50,830 nt of DNA from Sphingomonadales bacterium (GTDB taxonomy: Bacteria; Pseudomonadota; Alphaproteobacteria; Sphingomonadales; Sphingomonadaceae): the NCBI GenBank assembly GCA_024636595.1, contig JAGXGT010000052.1, positions 1-50,830 of the forward strand. The letters run 5' to 3'. Within the stretch, counting starts at the first letter, position 1. Each line of letters begins with the position of its first letter. Under the pieces are notes generated by a model that was given only the letters and a program-made list of their open reading frames with translations, had not been told where the DNA came from and did no database searches. Of this stretch, positions 30,520 to 40,695 are shown in pieces. Made by a program: the position numbers and the translations under genes.

Positions 30520-31524
30520 CTATTCTCCGCGCATTTCTATCAGTTTGCGTTCCCATGCGAGGGCGTGGGCGACAATTTCGTCGAGATCGGCGTGTTTTGG
30601 CTGCCAAGGAAAGCGCTCCATGATCGCCCGATTGTCGGAAATCAGCGAATCGGGGTCGCCAGCGCGCCGCCCTTCCATTTTTCGCCCGATTTTCATGTTG
30701 GTGACCCGGTCGACGGCATCGAGCACCTCCAGCACCGAAAAACCCCGACCATAGCCGCAATTGAGCAAATGGTTTCGATTCGGGTCGGCGATCAGCGCCT
30801 CCAGGGCGAGCACATGGGCGCTGGCCAGATCCGACACATGAATGTAGTCGCGCACGCCGGTGCCGTCGGGCGTAGCATAGTCAGTGCCAAAGACGGCGAC
30901 GCTGTCGCGCTTGCCCAGCGCTGCCTCGACCGCGACCTTGATCAGATGGGTGGCGCCGGCGGTCGACTGGCCGGTTCGCGCCTGCGGGTCGGCACCGGCG
31001 ACGTTGAAATAGCGCAGGGCACAGAAATTCAGGTCATGCGCCGCCGCAACATCGCGGAGCATATGCTCGGTCATCAACTTCGACATACCATAGGGATTGA
31101 TCGGTAGCTGCGGCGTGCTTTCGCTCACCGGGCTTTCCTCGGTCATGCCATAGGTGGCGGCGGTCGAGGAGAAGATGAAATGATGCACCCCGCCGGTCAC
31201 CGCCGATTCGATCAGGCTGCGGCTCTTGGCGCTGTTGTTGTGATAATATTTCAGCGGATTCTCGACCGATTCCGGCACGATGATCGAACCGGCAAAATGC
31301 ATGATCGCACCAATATTCTCGTCTTTGATGATTCGGGCGAGCAGAGCGGAGTCCTCAATATCGCCTTCATAAAAGGCGACCCCTTCCGGCACCGCCCAGC
31401 GAAACCCGGTGGTCAGATTGTCGACCACCGCAACTGGCCAGCCGGCATCCCGCAGGGCGAGCACCGCGTGGCTGCCGATATAGCCGGCCCCGCCGGTGAC
31501 CAATATCGTGAACGGTTTCGCCAT
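30520..31524 (-). CDS. galE: UDP-glucose 4-epimerase
   Basis: TGGAGYIGSH, FSSTAATYG, YGMSK, LRYFNVAGA, DGTGVRDYIHV. Confidence 0.96.
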   Translation of the reverse strand: MAKPFTILVTGGAGYIGSHAVLALRDAGWPVAVVDNLTTGFRWAVPEGVAFYEGDIEDSALLARIIKDENIGAIMHFAGSIIVPESVENPLKYYHNNSAKSRSLIESAVTGGVHHFIFSSTAATYGMTEESPVSESTPQLPINPYGMSKLMTEHMLRDVAAAHDLNFCALRYFNVAGADPQARTGQSTAGATHLIKVAVEAALGKRDSVAVFGTDYATPDGTGVRDYIHVSDLASAHVLALEALIADPNRNHLLNCGYGRGFSVLEVLDAVDRVTNMKIGRKMEGRRAGDPDSLISDNRAIMERFPWQPKHADLDEIVAHALAWERKLIEMRGE

Positions 31525-31677
31525 CGTTTGTAGACCCCCATCAATTCTCAACACCGGCTGTTTACCGCCCTGTTCTCTCCAATCGGTTAAACGCGCTTGT
31601 CTGCGGATGCAATTTTTTACCACGATCGCCGAGATTATGCGCTAATATGCCTTGGGGCGAGTTTAGGAGTGCGTATT

Positions 31678-32286
31678 ATGGCCGGTTTTTCATCATTTTC
31701 CACCGTTGCATTGGCAGGTTTGCTGCTGTCGGGATGCACGGCAATGACTCCCCCGGTTGACGTCACCCGGTTTCACAACGCGCAAATCGCGCCGATTGTC
31801 CCGGGCAGCGTCATCATCGAGGCCAATGTCACCGACGAGGGCTATAGCCGCAGCATCGAATATGCGACCTATTCCGCTGCGCTGTTGCGCGAATTGCAGC
31901 GAGCTGGCTTTACCGAAGTCCGCGATAACACCGGCACCAGCCAGTATATCGCACGCTACACGATCGACAGAGCGGTCCTGACCGCGGGCGGCGCCCGGTC
32001 ACCGATCTCGGTCGGGGTCGGCGGCAGCACCGGCAGCTATGGTTCCGGCGTCGGTCTGGGCATCGGCATAAATCTTGGCGGCCGGCCGAAGGACAAGATC
32101 GTCACCGAATTGTCGGTTCGCATCAGCAGGCGCGACAACGGCAGTGTGATCTGGGAAGGCCGCGCATCGGTGGAGGCCAAGCAGGGGTCGCCGGCATCAC
32201 AGCCCGGGCTGGCCGCGGCGAAATTGGCCGAAGCCTTATTCAAGGACTTCCCCGGAGAGTCCGGAACCACTATCAGGGTCCCATGA
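31678..32286 (+). CDS. Lipoprotein, DUF4136-like
   Basis: AGGAG RBS; lipobox LSGC; Gly-rich [11 protein letters not shown]; WEGRA. Confidence 0.78.
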   Translation: MAGFSSFSTVALAGLLLSGCTAMTPPVDVTRFHNAQIAPIVPGSVIIEANVTDEGYSRSIEYATYSAALLRELQRAGFTEVRDNTGTSQYIARYTIDRAVLTAGGARSPISVGVGGSTGSYGSGVGLGIGINLGGRPKDKIVTELSVRISRRDNGSVIWEGRASVEAKQGSPASQPGLAAAKLAEALFKDFPGESGTTIRVP

Positions 32287-33407
32287 CCATAGAAATCACC
32301 AGCGCTTTCGATAGCGGTAATATCGAAGTCCATGCCATCACTGGCAGCACCGCAACACTGTCGATCCGCAAGGACAAGGACAGCGAGTTTTTCCAATGGT
32401 TCCACTTCCGGGTCGCTTGCCAGATCGGCGACGAGCTGGAATTGACCATCGGTGGGCTGAAAGACTCGGCCTATCCGCAGGGATGGCCCGACTATGACGC
32501 CTGCGTCAGCGAGGACCGGGAATATTGGGGCCGCGCCGCGAGCAGCTATGATGAAGACAGCGGCACTCTGACCATTCGCTATACCGCGAGCAGCAACATC
32601 GTCTGGTTCGCCTATTTCGCGCCCTACAGCATCGAGCGCCATCACGACCTGATCGCCGAAACCGCCGGCTTTGAAGGCGTGACGGTGCAAACGCTCGGCC
32701 ATAGCCTCGAAGGCCAGCCGATCGACTGCCTTGAACTGGGCAGCGGCGACAAGCAGGTCTGGCTCTACGCGCGGCAGCATCCCGGCGAGAGCATGGCCGA
32801 ATGGTGGATGGAAGGCGCGCTGGAAATGCTCACCGACCCCGCCGATCCCCACGCCCGACTGTTGTTACAGCATTGCCGCTTCCATATCGTCCCCAATATG
32901 AACCCCGATGGTTCGCGCAGAGGCCATTTGCGAACCAATTTCGCCGGAACCAATCTCAACCGCGAGTGGCACGAACCGAGCGCCGAAAAATCTCCGGAAG
33001 TGCTTTGCGTCCGCAATGCGATGGACAAAAGCGGTCTGGCCTTTGCCATGGATGTCCATGGCGATGAGGCGATTCCAGCGGTTTTCATCGCTGGCTTCGA
33101 AGGCATCCCCTCGATCACCGATGCACAGCTGGAAAAATATCACGGCTTCCGCGACCGCCTGGCCGAGCGCACCCCGGATTTCCAGACCGAGCTCGGCTAT
33201 CCCACCGCTGGCAAGGGCAAGGCCAATCTGTCGATGTCTACCAATCAGCTGGCCGAACGGTTCGGCGCGGTCACGATGACTCTGGAAATGCCGTTCAAGG
33301 ACAATCGCGATCTGCCCGATGCCGAACAGGGCTGGTCCCCCGAGCGCTGCAATCTGCTCGCCCGCGAATGCCTGGCGACGCTGGCCGAGATGATCGACGA
33401 TATCTAG
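32283..33407 (+). CDS. M14 family cytosolic carboxypeptidase-like zinc peptidase
   Basis: FDSGN, WFHF, ARQHPGE, NPDG, NLNR, DVHG, TLEMP. Confidence 0.9.
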   Translation: MTIEITSAFDSGNIEVHAITGSTATLSIRKDKDSEFFQWFHFRVACQIGDELELTIGGLKDSAYPQGWPDYDACVSEDREYWGRAASSYDEDSGTLTIRYTASSNIVWFAYFAPYSIERHHDLIAETAGFEGVTVQTLGHSLEGQPIDCLELGSGDKQVWLYARQHPGESMAEWWMEGALEMLTDPADPHARLLLQHCRFHIVPNMNPDGSRRGHLRTNFAGTNLNREWHEPSAEKSPEVLCVRNAMDKSGLAFAMDVHGDEAIPAVFIAGFEGIPSITDAQLEKYHGFRDRLAERTPDFQTELGYPTAGKGKANLSMSTNQLAERFGAVTMTLEMPFKDNRDLPDAEQGWSPERCNLLARECLATLAEMIDDI

Positions 33408-33412
33408 GGAAA

Positions 33413-33500
33413 TGGCGGAGACGGAGGGATTCGAACCCTCGATAGGTTGCCCTATACACGCTTTCCAAGCGTGCGCGATCGACCACTCTGCCACGTCTCC
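33413..33500 (-). tRNA. tRNA-Ser (anticodon GGA)
   Basis: GGAGACG/CGTCTCC acceptor stem, anticodon arm CACGC-TTGGAAA-GCGTG, long variable arm, GAGGGTTCGAATCCCTC, encoded CCA. Confidence 0.97.
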
Positions 33501-33629
33501 GCAAATGCCATCTGACCCGTGAATCTGGTCGAATATCAGACAGCGCCGCTTCCCTAGTGCGGGATTCGCGCTTTCGCAAGCGATAGTGTGGCGTTAGGGT
33601 GATGGCTGACAGAATGTTGGAAATTAGAC

Positions 33630-33700
33630 CCGTTAGTCCTGAGCTTGTCGAAGGACGCCTCGCGACGAACGTCGTGGTTCGACAGGCTCACCACTAACGG
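33630..33700. repeat. REP-like doublet (CCGTT..CTGAGCTTGTCGAAG family)
   Basis: CCGTTAGTCCTGAGCTTGTCGAAGGAC ... GTGGTTCGACAGGCTCACCACTAACGG. Confidence 0.88.
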
Positions 33701-33720
33701 CAAGCAGCGGGGCTCTTCAC

Positions 33721-34710
33721 ATGAACAAATTCCTTTCCATCGCAACACTCGCGGCGCTTGCAGTGGCGTCTCCCCTGACCGCTCAGGAAACCGAACAGCC
33801 GGAATTTCCCAGCCCCAATGCCATAGTCGAGGCAGCCCCGGCCAGCGACTGGGTCAAGATTGCGCCCAGCGACCTGCTGGTCATGGACCTCGCCCCCGAC
33901 GCAGAAGGCAACGCCCGCCGCGTGGTCATCCAGCTGATGCCGGAACCTTTCTCGCAAGGCTGGATCCGCAATATCCGCAAACTCGCCGCGGCGCATTGGT
34001 GGGACGGCACCAGCATCAACCGGGTACAGGACAATTATGTCGTGCAATGGGGGGATGCCGGTTACGACAATCCGGAATCGGGCAAGACTGAGCAGAAGGC
34101 TCTACCCGAAGGGTTGGAGACGGTGCCGGAGAGCGCGTATACTCAACAAATTACCTCCAGAGACCCTGCCGATACGATAATATGGGATTCAGGATCGTAT
34201 GGGGTCGACAACTATTCTGACATGTCTCTGTTCGAAAAAGGATGGCCTCTCGCGTCACAAATTGGCGTTGATACCCGCCTGCGGGCCCATTGGCCCGTCC
34301 ACTGCTACGGCGCGGTCGGCGTAGGCCGCAACTATTCCCCCGACACCGGCAGCGGCGCGGAACTCTACACCGTGATCGGTCATGCGCCGCGCCATCTCGA
34401 TCGCAATATTGCCGTGGTCGGGCGGATTATCGAAGGCATGGAATATCTCTCCAGCCTGCCCCGCGGCAAGGGACAGCTGGGTTTCTACGAGGACGCCAGC
34501 AAGCGTGTGCCGATCAGCTCGATCCGCCTGGCCTGCGAACTGCCGACAGCGGACCAGCCGCGCTTCGAATATCTCGATACCGAAGCCGAAACCTTCGCAA
34601 AATATGCCGATGCCAGAGCCAATCGCCGCGATCCGTTTTTTATCGTGCCGGCTGGTGGCGCTGATATCTGCAATATTCCGGTGCCAGTGCGGCGGGTGAG
34701 CGCGGAGTGA
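33721..34710 (+). CDS. Secreted cyclophilin-type peptidyl-prolyl isomerase-like protein (paralog 1)
   Basis: Signal peptide ending LTA; INRVQDNYVVQWGD, PDTGSGAELY, PRHLDRNIAVVGRIIEGME. Confidence 0.85.
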   Translation: MNKFLSIATLAALAVASPLTAQETEQPEFPSPNAIVEAAPASDWVKIAPSDLLVMDLAPDAEGNARRVVIQLMPEPFSQGWIRNIRKLAAAHWWDGTSINRVQDNYVVQWGDAGYDNPESGKTEQKALPEGLETVPESAYTQQITSRDPADTIIWDSGSYGVDNYSDMSLFEKGWPLASQIGVDTRLRAHWPVHCYGAVGVGRNYSPDTGSGAELYTVIGHAPRHLDRNIAVVGRIIEGMEYLSSLPRGKGQLGFYEDASKRVPISSIRLACELPTADQPRFEYLDTEAETFAKYADARANRRDPFFIVPAGGADICNIPVPVRRVSAE

Positions 34711-34808
34711 TGTTCCCCGGCGCAGGCCGGGGCCCAGAACAGTCCCGCCTTCGTTTCCAAGAACCAACCAGCAGGACTCGCCTGGACCCCGGCCTTCGCC
34801 GGGGCACG
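34711..34808. repeat. REPIN-like doublet (TGTTCCCC family)
   Basis: TGTTCCCCGGCGCAGGCCGGGGCCCAG ... CTGGACCCCGGCCTTCGCCGGGGCACG. Confidence 0.9.
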
Positions 34809-34967
34809 AATTCGCTTTCCTACATCGGGTGATTTCGATTAGTCTTGCCTTATGTCCCAATCCCTTACCTTATCCTCCCAACCACCGTTTTCACCAATTT
34901 CTGGACAAGAATATTTCTTCGCAATAGGGGGTGTGACCCTGTGTGACCCAAAGGCGAAAAGGTGCCT

Positions 34968-35104
34968 TGTTCCCCGGCGAAGAGCGCAAGCGACGGAAGC
35001 TTTGGGGAAGCTTCCCAAAGCTGAGCGGCCCAGAATATTCCTGAACCCGCGTCCAGAACCGCACTGCCATGACTCGACTGGACCCCGCCCTGCGGCGGGG
35101 CACA
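34968..35104. repeat. REPIN-like doublet (TGTTCCCC family) with an extra hairpin inside the left arm
   Basis: TGTTCCCCGGCGAAG-[~44 nt incl. AGCTTTGGG...CCCAAAGCT]-GGCCCAG ... CTGGACCCCGCCCTGCGGCGGGGCACA. Confidence 0.8.
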
Positions 35105-35184
35105 AAAACCGCCGTTACCGGAGGGGTGGGCTTTATTCCCTTTAACACTGTAAAGTTTGTAAAGATTAGCAAGGAATGGGCAGA

Positions 35185-36171
35185 ATGAAAAACCGGTTTC
35201 GATCAGCGCGCATCGCTTTTTTAGCTATCGCTGCAGGATGCTTTCCCGTGGCATCGCCAGCATTGGCGCAGGACGAAACACCTGCCCCAACCCCGACGGA
35301 AGTTCTTGCAGCCGCCCCCGCCGACCATTGGCTCCCGATCCCGCTCAACGATCTGCTGATCTTCACCCTGCCCGACACCGCAGATGGCACCAAACGCCAG
35401 TCTGTCATCCAGCTGCTCCCGGCCGAACTTTCAGGCGGCCATGTCCGCAACGTTCGTACCTTCGCAAAAACCCGCTGGTGGGATGGCACCAAAATCTATC
35501 GCGTCGCCAAGGATTTCGTCACCCAGTTCGGCGGCAATCCCGATGGCAAGAAACTCCCCAAGGGCCTCGAAACCGTGCCGGAAAGCGAATATTTCAACGC
35601 AGCGCTCGGTGCCAAGCGCGACGCCGATATGGCAGCGCTGAAGGCTGCGGTCGATTACAGCAACCAGTATCAGGGCACCGATATCCGGCCGCTAATGAAG
35701 ATCATCTATGAAAGCTATGGCGCAATAGTTGGCTTTGGCGGCGGCTGGCCGATTGGTAGCAAGACCATTGACGGCATGGTGCAATATTATCCGCTGACCT
35801 GCCGCGGATCGCTATCGCCCGCCCATTATGATCCGCCGGACACCGGCAGCGGCGCCGAAATGTCGGTAATCACCGGCGAAGCGGCGCGCAGCCTCGACAC
35901 CACATTCGGCATGGTTGGCCGGGTGATCGAAGGGCTCGAGCATTTGCAGAATCTGCCGCTCGGCACCGACCCGGGCGGCTTTTCTGCGGACAAATCGCAG
36001 CATGTCGAAATCCGCGCGATCCGGCTCGCCAGCGAGTTGCCACTGGCCGAGCAGCCGACCTATGAATATCTGGCCAGTTATAGCCCGTCGCTGTTGCAAT
36101 ATATCGAAGCCCAGGGTGGCTATGGCAATATTTGTACCGCCCCCGTGCCGATAAGAAAAATCTCAAAATAG
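35185..36171 (+). CDS. Secreted cyclophilin-type peptidyl-prolyl isomerase-like protein (paralog 2)
   Basis: Signal peptide ending ALA; WWDGT, IYRVAKDFVTQFGG, PDTGSGAE, VGRVIEGLE; colinear with paralog 1; start chosen by AAGGA spacing. Confidence 0.82.
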   Translation: MKNRFRSARIAFLAIAAGCFPVASPALAQDETPAPTPTEVLAAAPADHWLPIPLNDLLIFTLPDTADGTKRQSVIQLLPAELSGGHVRNVRTFAKTRWWDGTKIYRVAKDFVTQFGGNPDGKKLPKGLETVPESEYFNAALGAKRDADMAALKAAVDYSNQYQGTDIRPLMKIIYESYGAIVGFGGGWPIGSKTIDGMVQYYPLTCRGSLSPAHYDPPDTGSGAEMSVITGEAARSLDTTFGMVGRVIEGLEHLQNLPLGTDPGGFSADKSQHVEIRAIRLASELPLAEQPTYEYLASYSPSLLQYIEAQGGYGNICTAPVPIRKISK

Positions 36172-36172
36172 C

Positions 36173-36228
36173 GTAATATTATTACAACGCATCTCGCCCA
36201 GGCCGTCATTTGCTGGTAATGCATATTC
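36173..36228. promoter_or_regulatory. Palindromic operator-like sites upstream of ald (Lrp/AldR-like)
   Basis: GTAATATTATTAC (36173-36185) and weaker GTAATGCATATTC (36216-36228). Confidence 0.5.
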
Positions 36229-36257
36229 TATAGACTCATCAGAACAGGAGCCTCCCC

Positions 36258-37385
36258 ATGCGCGTTGGAACACCCCGGGAAATCAAGAATCACGAATATC
36301 GGGTCGGCCTGACCCCCGAATCGGTCCGCGAACTGATCGCCCATGGCCATGATGTGCTGGTCGAGACCGGTGCCGGGCTTGGCATTGGCGCCGAAGATGC
36401 GGAATATGTCGCCGCCGGCGCGACGATTGCGCCGACCGCAGCCGATGTCTTCGAAAAATGCGAAATGGTGGTCAAGGTCAAGGAACCGCAGGCGATCGAG
36501 CGGGCGATGCTGCGCGAAGGGCAGATATTGTTCACCTATCTGCACCTTGCACCCGATCCGGAGCAAACCAAAGATCTGGTCAAATCCAAATCCATCTGCA
36601 TTGCCTATGAAACCGTCACCGGTACGGGCGGCCTACCGCTGCTCAAACCGATGAGCCAGGTCGCCGGACGCATGTCGATCCAGGCCGGTGCTACGGCTCT
36701 TGAAAAGGCGCATGGAGGTCGCGGCATATTGCTCGGCGGTGTCCCCGGTGTTGCGCCCGGCAAGGTCACGATCATCGGCGGCGGCGTGGTTGGCTTCAAC
36801 GCCGCGCAAATGGCCTCCGGTCTCGGCGCGGATGTGACCATCCTGGATCGCAATCCGGATGTGCTGGAATCGGTCGGCACCCATTTCGAGACCCGCGCCA
36901 AAACCCGGTTCTCGAACAAGGCCAATATCGCCGAATGCGTCGCCGAAGCCGATCTGGTAATCGGTGCCGTGCTGATCCCCGGCGCGGAAGCGCCCAAGCT
37001 GGTGACGCGCGATATGCTGAAAACCATGCGGCCGGGGTCGGTGCTCTGCGATGTCGCGATCGATCAGGGCGGCTGTTTCGAAACCTCCAGGGCGACAACC
37101 CACGAAGATCCGACCTATGTGGTCGATGATATCGTCCATTATTGCGTCGCCAATATGCCGGGCGCGGTTTCGCGCACCTCGACCTATGCGCTCAACAATG
37201 TCACCCTGCCACACACGCTGGCAATTGCCAACAAGGGCTGGGAAGTGGCGTTGCGCGAGGACAGGCATCTCGCCGAAGGCCTGAATGTCTGGAACGGCCA
37301 TGTCACCTACAAGGCGGTCGCCGAGGATCTGGGGTATGAATATATGTCGGCGGCCGAGATTTTGGTATTGAAGGCGGATGATTGA
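36258..37385 (+). CDS. ald: Alanine dehydrogenase
   Basis: [51 protein letters not shown]. Confidence 0.98.
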   Translation: MRVGTPREIKNHEYRVGLTPESVRELIAHGHDVLVETGAGLGIGAEDAEYVAAGATIAPTAADVFEKCEMVVKVKEPQAIERAMLREGQILFTYLHLAPDPEQTKDLVKSKSICIAYETVTGTGGLPLLKPMSQVAGRMSIQAGATALEKAHGGRGILLGGVPGVAPGKVTIIGGGVVGFNAAQMASGLGADVTILDRNPDVLESVGTHFETRAKTRFSNKANIAECVAEADLVIGAVLIPGAEAPKLVTRDMLKTMRPGSVLCDVAIDQGGCFETSRATTHEDPTYVVDDIVHYCVANMPGAVSRTSTYALNNVTLPHTLAIANKGWEVALREDRHLAEGLNVWNGHVTYKAVAEDLGYEYMSAAEILVLKADD

Positions 37386-37401
37386 TGGGTGCTGATCTTG
37401 T

Positions 37402-37472
37402 CCGTTAGTGGTGAGCTTGTCGAACCACGCTGCAAGACCATAGACGCCCTTCGACAAGCTCAGGGCTAACGG
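37402..37472. repeat. REP-like doublet (CCGTT..CTGAGCTTGTCGAAG family)
   Basis: CCGTTAGTGGTGAGCTTGTCGAACCAC ... GCCCTTCGACAAGCTCAGGGCTAACGG. Confidence 0.88.
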
Positions 37473-37495
37473 ATAGATCGAAAGGACAGACCAAC

Positions 37496-38467
37496 ATGGC
37501 AACAGCAGACCAGAAACCGCTCGGCTCGGGATTCCACTCAAAAAGCGAACCGCACGAAATACTCGCCGGCATCGATCTGACCGGCAAGACCGCGATTGTC
37601 ACCGGCGGCTATTCCGGCATCGGCCTGGAAACCACCCGGGCGCTAGCGGATGCTGGTGCCACGGTGATCGTGCCGGTGCGCGATCCAGCCAAGGCGGAGG
37701 AAAATCTGTCGACCGTCGAAGGCGATGTCTCCACCGCCAAGATGGATCTTGCCGACCTCGATTCGGTGCGGACCTTTGCCTCGTCGGTCTATGACAGCAT
37801 CGACGCGCTGGATCTGCTGATCAACAATGCCGGTATCATGGCCTGTCCGCTGGAACGGGTTGGACCCGGATGGGAAAGCCAGTTCGGCGTCAATCATATG
37901 GGCCATTTCGCGCTGACCAAGGCGCTGTTGCCGCTGCTCGAAAAGGCCGCCGCGCCGCGGGTGGTCGCGCTGTCGTCGATTGCCCACAAGCGCAACGGCC
38001 TGTTGTGGGACGACATCCAGTTCGAAAACAGCGAATATCAAAAATGGGTTGCCTATGCCCAGGCGAAGAGCGCCAACGCCCTGTTCGCCAATGCGCTCAG
38101 CCGCCGGATGCAGCGCTTTGGTGGGCGGGCGTTCTCGGTCCATCCGGGCGGTATTTTCACGCCGCTGCAACGCCACCTGCCCAAAGAAGAACAGGTCGAA
38201 CTCGGCTGGCTGAACAAGGACGGCTCGGTGCCGCCAATGGTTGCCGAAATCTTCAAAACACCGAAACAGGGCTGCACCACGAGCTTGTGGGCCGCGACAT
38301 CTCCGCTGCTCAATGACATGCCGGGCGTCTATTGCGAAGATTGCGATGTCGCCCAGCTGATGGGCGAGGACTCGCTGCCCTATCAGCATTGCGCACCGCA
38401 TATCACCGTCGATGAAGACGGCGAGCGGCTCTGGGCGATCAGCGAAAATGTGCTCGCCGCCGCCTGA
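37496..38467 (+). CDS. Short-chain dehydrogenase/reductase (retinol-dehydrogenase-like)
   Basis: TGGYSGIG, LINNAGIMA, NHMGHF, YAQAK, VHPG. Confidence 0.92.
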   Translation: MATADQKPLGSGFHSKSEPHEILAGIDLTGKTAIVTGGYSGIGLETTRALADAGATVIVPVRDPAKAEENLSTVEGDVSTAKMDLADLDSVRTFASSVYDSIDALDLLINNAGIMACPLERVGPGWESQFGVNHMGHFALTKALLPLLEKAAAPRVVALSSIAHKRNGLLWDDIQFENSEYQKWVAYAQAKSANALFANALSRRMQRFGGRAFSVHPGGIFTPLQRHLPKEEQVELGWLNKDGSVPPMVAEIFKTPKQGCTTSLWAATSPLLNDMPGVYCEDCDVAQLMGEDSLPYQHCAPHITVDEDGERLWAISENVLAAA

Positions 38468-38673
38468 TGGGGACGGAAGACCGACACGACAGGGAATATG
38501 CCGGCCTGTTGCAGCGCGATGCGGCCGGCTTCCTGCTGCGGTGCGATGATGGCAGCCGCTATCGGCTCGAGCTTTTGCGCACCCCGATTGACGAGGTCGA
38601 GAAGCGGGTGGTGGTAACAGGCCGGATCGCTAGCGGTGCGGTTCTCGAAGCAGATGGCGTGCGGCTGGCATGA
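38467..38673 (+). CDS. Small beta-rich protein (DUF5818-like)
   Basis: 68 aa, coupled on both sides (TGATG, ATGA); LRCDDGSRYRL, KRVVVTG. Confidence 0.65.
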   Translation: MGTEDRHDREYAGLLQRDAAGFLLRCDDGSRYRLELLRTPIDEVEKRVVVTGRIASGAVLEADGVRLA

Positions 38674-39188
38674 ACTTTCGGCGGGCGGAAGAACAGGATA
38701 TCGGAGCGCTCCATGCGCTGATCGAAAGCGCCTATCGCGGCGACAGCGCGAGGCGCGGCTGGACCCACGAAGCCGACCTGCTCGGTGGCCAGCGGACCGA
38801 TCTTGAAGCGCTCCGCGCCATCATGGATGATCCGGATCAGGTGATCTGGATCGCCGAACAAGAGGGCGTATTGCAGGGCTGTGTGCAGCTATCGAGAGTG
38901 GGTGGCGCCACCGCCTATCTCGGTCTGCTGACCGTTGACCCGTCGCTGCAGGCCGGTGGTCTTGGCAAACTGCTATTGGTCCGTAGCGAACAATATGTCC
39001 GCGAAACTTGGGGATGCCAAGCGATTGAAATGACCGTGATCAAACAGCGGGGTGAACTGATCGCTTATTATGAACGGCGCGGATATCAGCGAACGGGCGA
39101 ATATCGACCCTTCCCGCACGAAGAACCACGCTTTGGGTTGCCAAAAACCGGGGAACTCGAATTCGCGGTGTTGCGCAAGGAAATCTAG
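38670..39188 (+). CDS. GNAT family N-acetyltransferase
   Basis: SAYRG...GWTHEA, LTVDPSLQAGGLGK, YYERRGY. Confidence 0.9.
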   Translation: MNFRRAEEQDIGALHALIESAYRGDSARRGWTHEADLLGGQRTDLEALRAIMDDPDQVIWIAEQEGVLQGCVQLSRVGGATAYLGLLTVDPSLQAGGLGKLLLVRSEQYVRETWGCQAIEMTVIKQRGELIAYYERRGYQRTGEYRPFPHEEPRFGLPKTGELEFAVLRKEI

Positions 39189-40693
39189 GCGGCCTTGCCT
39201 TGGAGTGCCTTCTGGCGGCGGCGCTGAACCGAACTGCCGAGGCCCAGCGCCTCGCGATATTTGGCGACGGTCCGCCGAGCAATGTCGAAACCTTTGGCCT
39301 GGAGCAAGGTCACCAGCTTGTCGTCGGACAGGATCTTCTTGGGATCCTCTTCGTCGATCAGCGTCTTGATATGACTCTTTACCGCTTCCGCCGAGGCCGC
39401 CTCACCGCCGGTCGACGACTGGATCCCGCTGGTGAAGAAATATTTGAGTTCAAACGTGCCGCGCGAGCAGGAGAGATATTTGTTGGATGTAACCCGGCTG
39501 ACCGTCGATTCATGCATCTCGATCTGCTCGGCGACATTCTTCAGCGTCAGCGGCCGCAGATGCGCCACTCCCTTGCGGAAAAAAGCCTCCTGCTGCTTGA
39601 CGATCTCGGTCGCAACCTTGACGATCGTGCGCTGCCGCTGATCGAGCGCCTTGATCAGCCAGTTGGCGTCGGCGAGGCATTCGTTGAGCCAGTCCTTCGA
39701 CTGCTTGTCCTGTGCCCCGTCCTTCAATTCGGAATAATAGCTGCGATTGACCAGCACCTTGGGCAAGGTGGCGCTGTTCACTTCGATCAGCCACCGGCCC
39801 CCGCGCTCGGCGATAAACACATCCGGCACAACCGCCTGCACCGCGCCGCCGCCGATCTTGCAACCGGGCTTTGGATCATAATTGCGCAACTCGCTGATCA
39901 TATCCATCAGGTCTTCGTCATCGACGCTGCAAATGCGCTTGAGCTGCGGCAGTGCGCCTCTGGCAAGCAGATCGAGATTGTCGATAAGCCGCGCCATCGC
40001 CGGATCATAGCGATCGGCGTCCTTGGCTTGCAGCGCCAGGCATTCTGCCAGGTCTCTTGCGCCAACACCGACCGGATCCAGCGTCTGGACGGCACCCAAT
40101 ATGCGCTCGATATCGGCTAGGCCGACATTCAGACGCTGGGCCAGTTCGAGCAAGTCGGCCTGCAGATAGCCGCATTCATCGATCTGGTCGATGATATGCT
40201 GCGCCACGAACAGGTCGGTGCCAGAAAGAACCGCGCCGGCCTGGTTCATCAAATGGTCCGTCAGCGTGATTTCAGCGACCAGCATATTCTCGAAATCCGG
40301 CGAATCGCCCGTCGCTCCGGAGCTGGCGCTCCCGCTATTCAGGCCCAGCTGACCATCGAGTGTGCCATCGCTGTCGGACAGGCTGTTATTGGTGAAACTG
40401 TCCGTATGCCCCTCCATATCGAGGGTCGCTTCGGCATCGGAGGGGCCGGACGACAATATTTCGTCGCTTCCCTGCGCCCCCGGCTCGCTCAGCGGTTCCT
40501 GAGAATCATTGGCGTTGCCATTTTCGGTCGAAATCTCTCCGGTATCGAGCAGCGGGTTCTTCTCAAGCTCATCGGAAATGAATGTTTCAAGTTCGAGATT
40601 GGACAATGTCAGAAGCTTGATCGCCTGCTGCAGTTGCGGCGTCATCACCAGCGACTGGCTCTGCCGCAAATCGAGGCGAGGCGCGAGTGCCAT
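39185..40693 (-). CDS. rpoN: RNA polymerase sigma-54 factor
   Basis: MTPQLQQAIKLL, HESTVSRVT, RpoN box ARRTVAKYRE. Confidence 0.98.
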   Translation of the reverse strand: MALAPRLDLRQSQSLVMTPQLQQAIKLLTLSNLELETFISDELEKNPLLDTGEISTENGNANDSQEPLSEPGAQGSDEILSSGPSDAEATLDMEGHTDSFTNNSLSDSDGTLDGQLGLNSGSASSGATGDSPDFENMLVAEITLTDHLMNQAGAVLSGTDLFVAQHIIDQIDECGYLQADLLELAQRLNVGLADIERILGAVQTLDPVGVGARDLAECLALQAKDADRYDPAMARLIDNLDLLARGALPQLKRICSVDDEDLMDMISELRNYDPKPGCKIGGGAVQAVVPDVFIAERGGRWLIEVNSATLPKVLVNRSYYSELKDGAQDKQSKDWLNECLADANWLIKALDQRQRTIVKVATEIVKQQEAFFRKGVAHLRPLTLKNVAEQIEMHESTVSRVTSNKYLSCSRGTFELKYFFTSGIQSSTGGEAASAEAVKSHIKTLIDEEDPKKILSDDKLVTLLQAKGFDIARRTVAKYREALGLGSSVQRRRQKALQGKAA

Positions 40694-40695
40694 TG

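Noticed and set aside
34839-35172. Short ORFs (88-97 aa) between the cyclophilin genes
   Set aside because: They overlap repeat DNA, lack a clear RBS and show no recognisable protein features
33413-36171. Genomic island integrated at tRNA-Ser
   Set aside because: No integrase, no duplicated tRNA 3' end seen, and the accessory-looking genes lie on the 5' side of the tRNA
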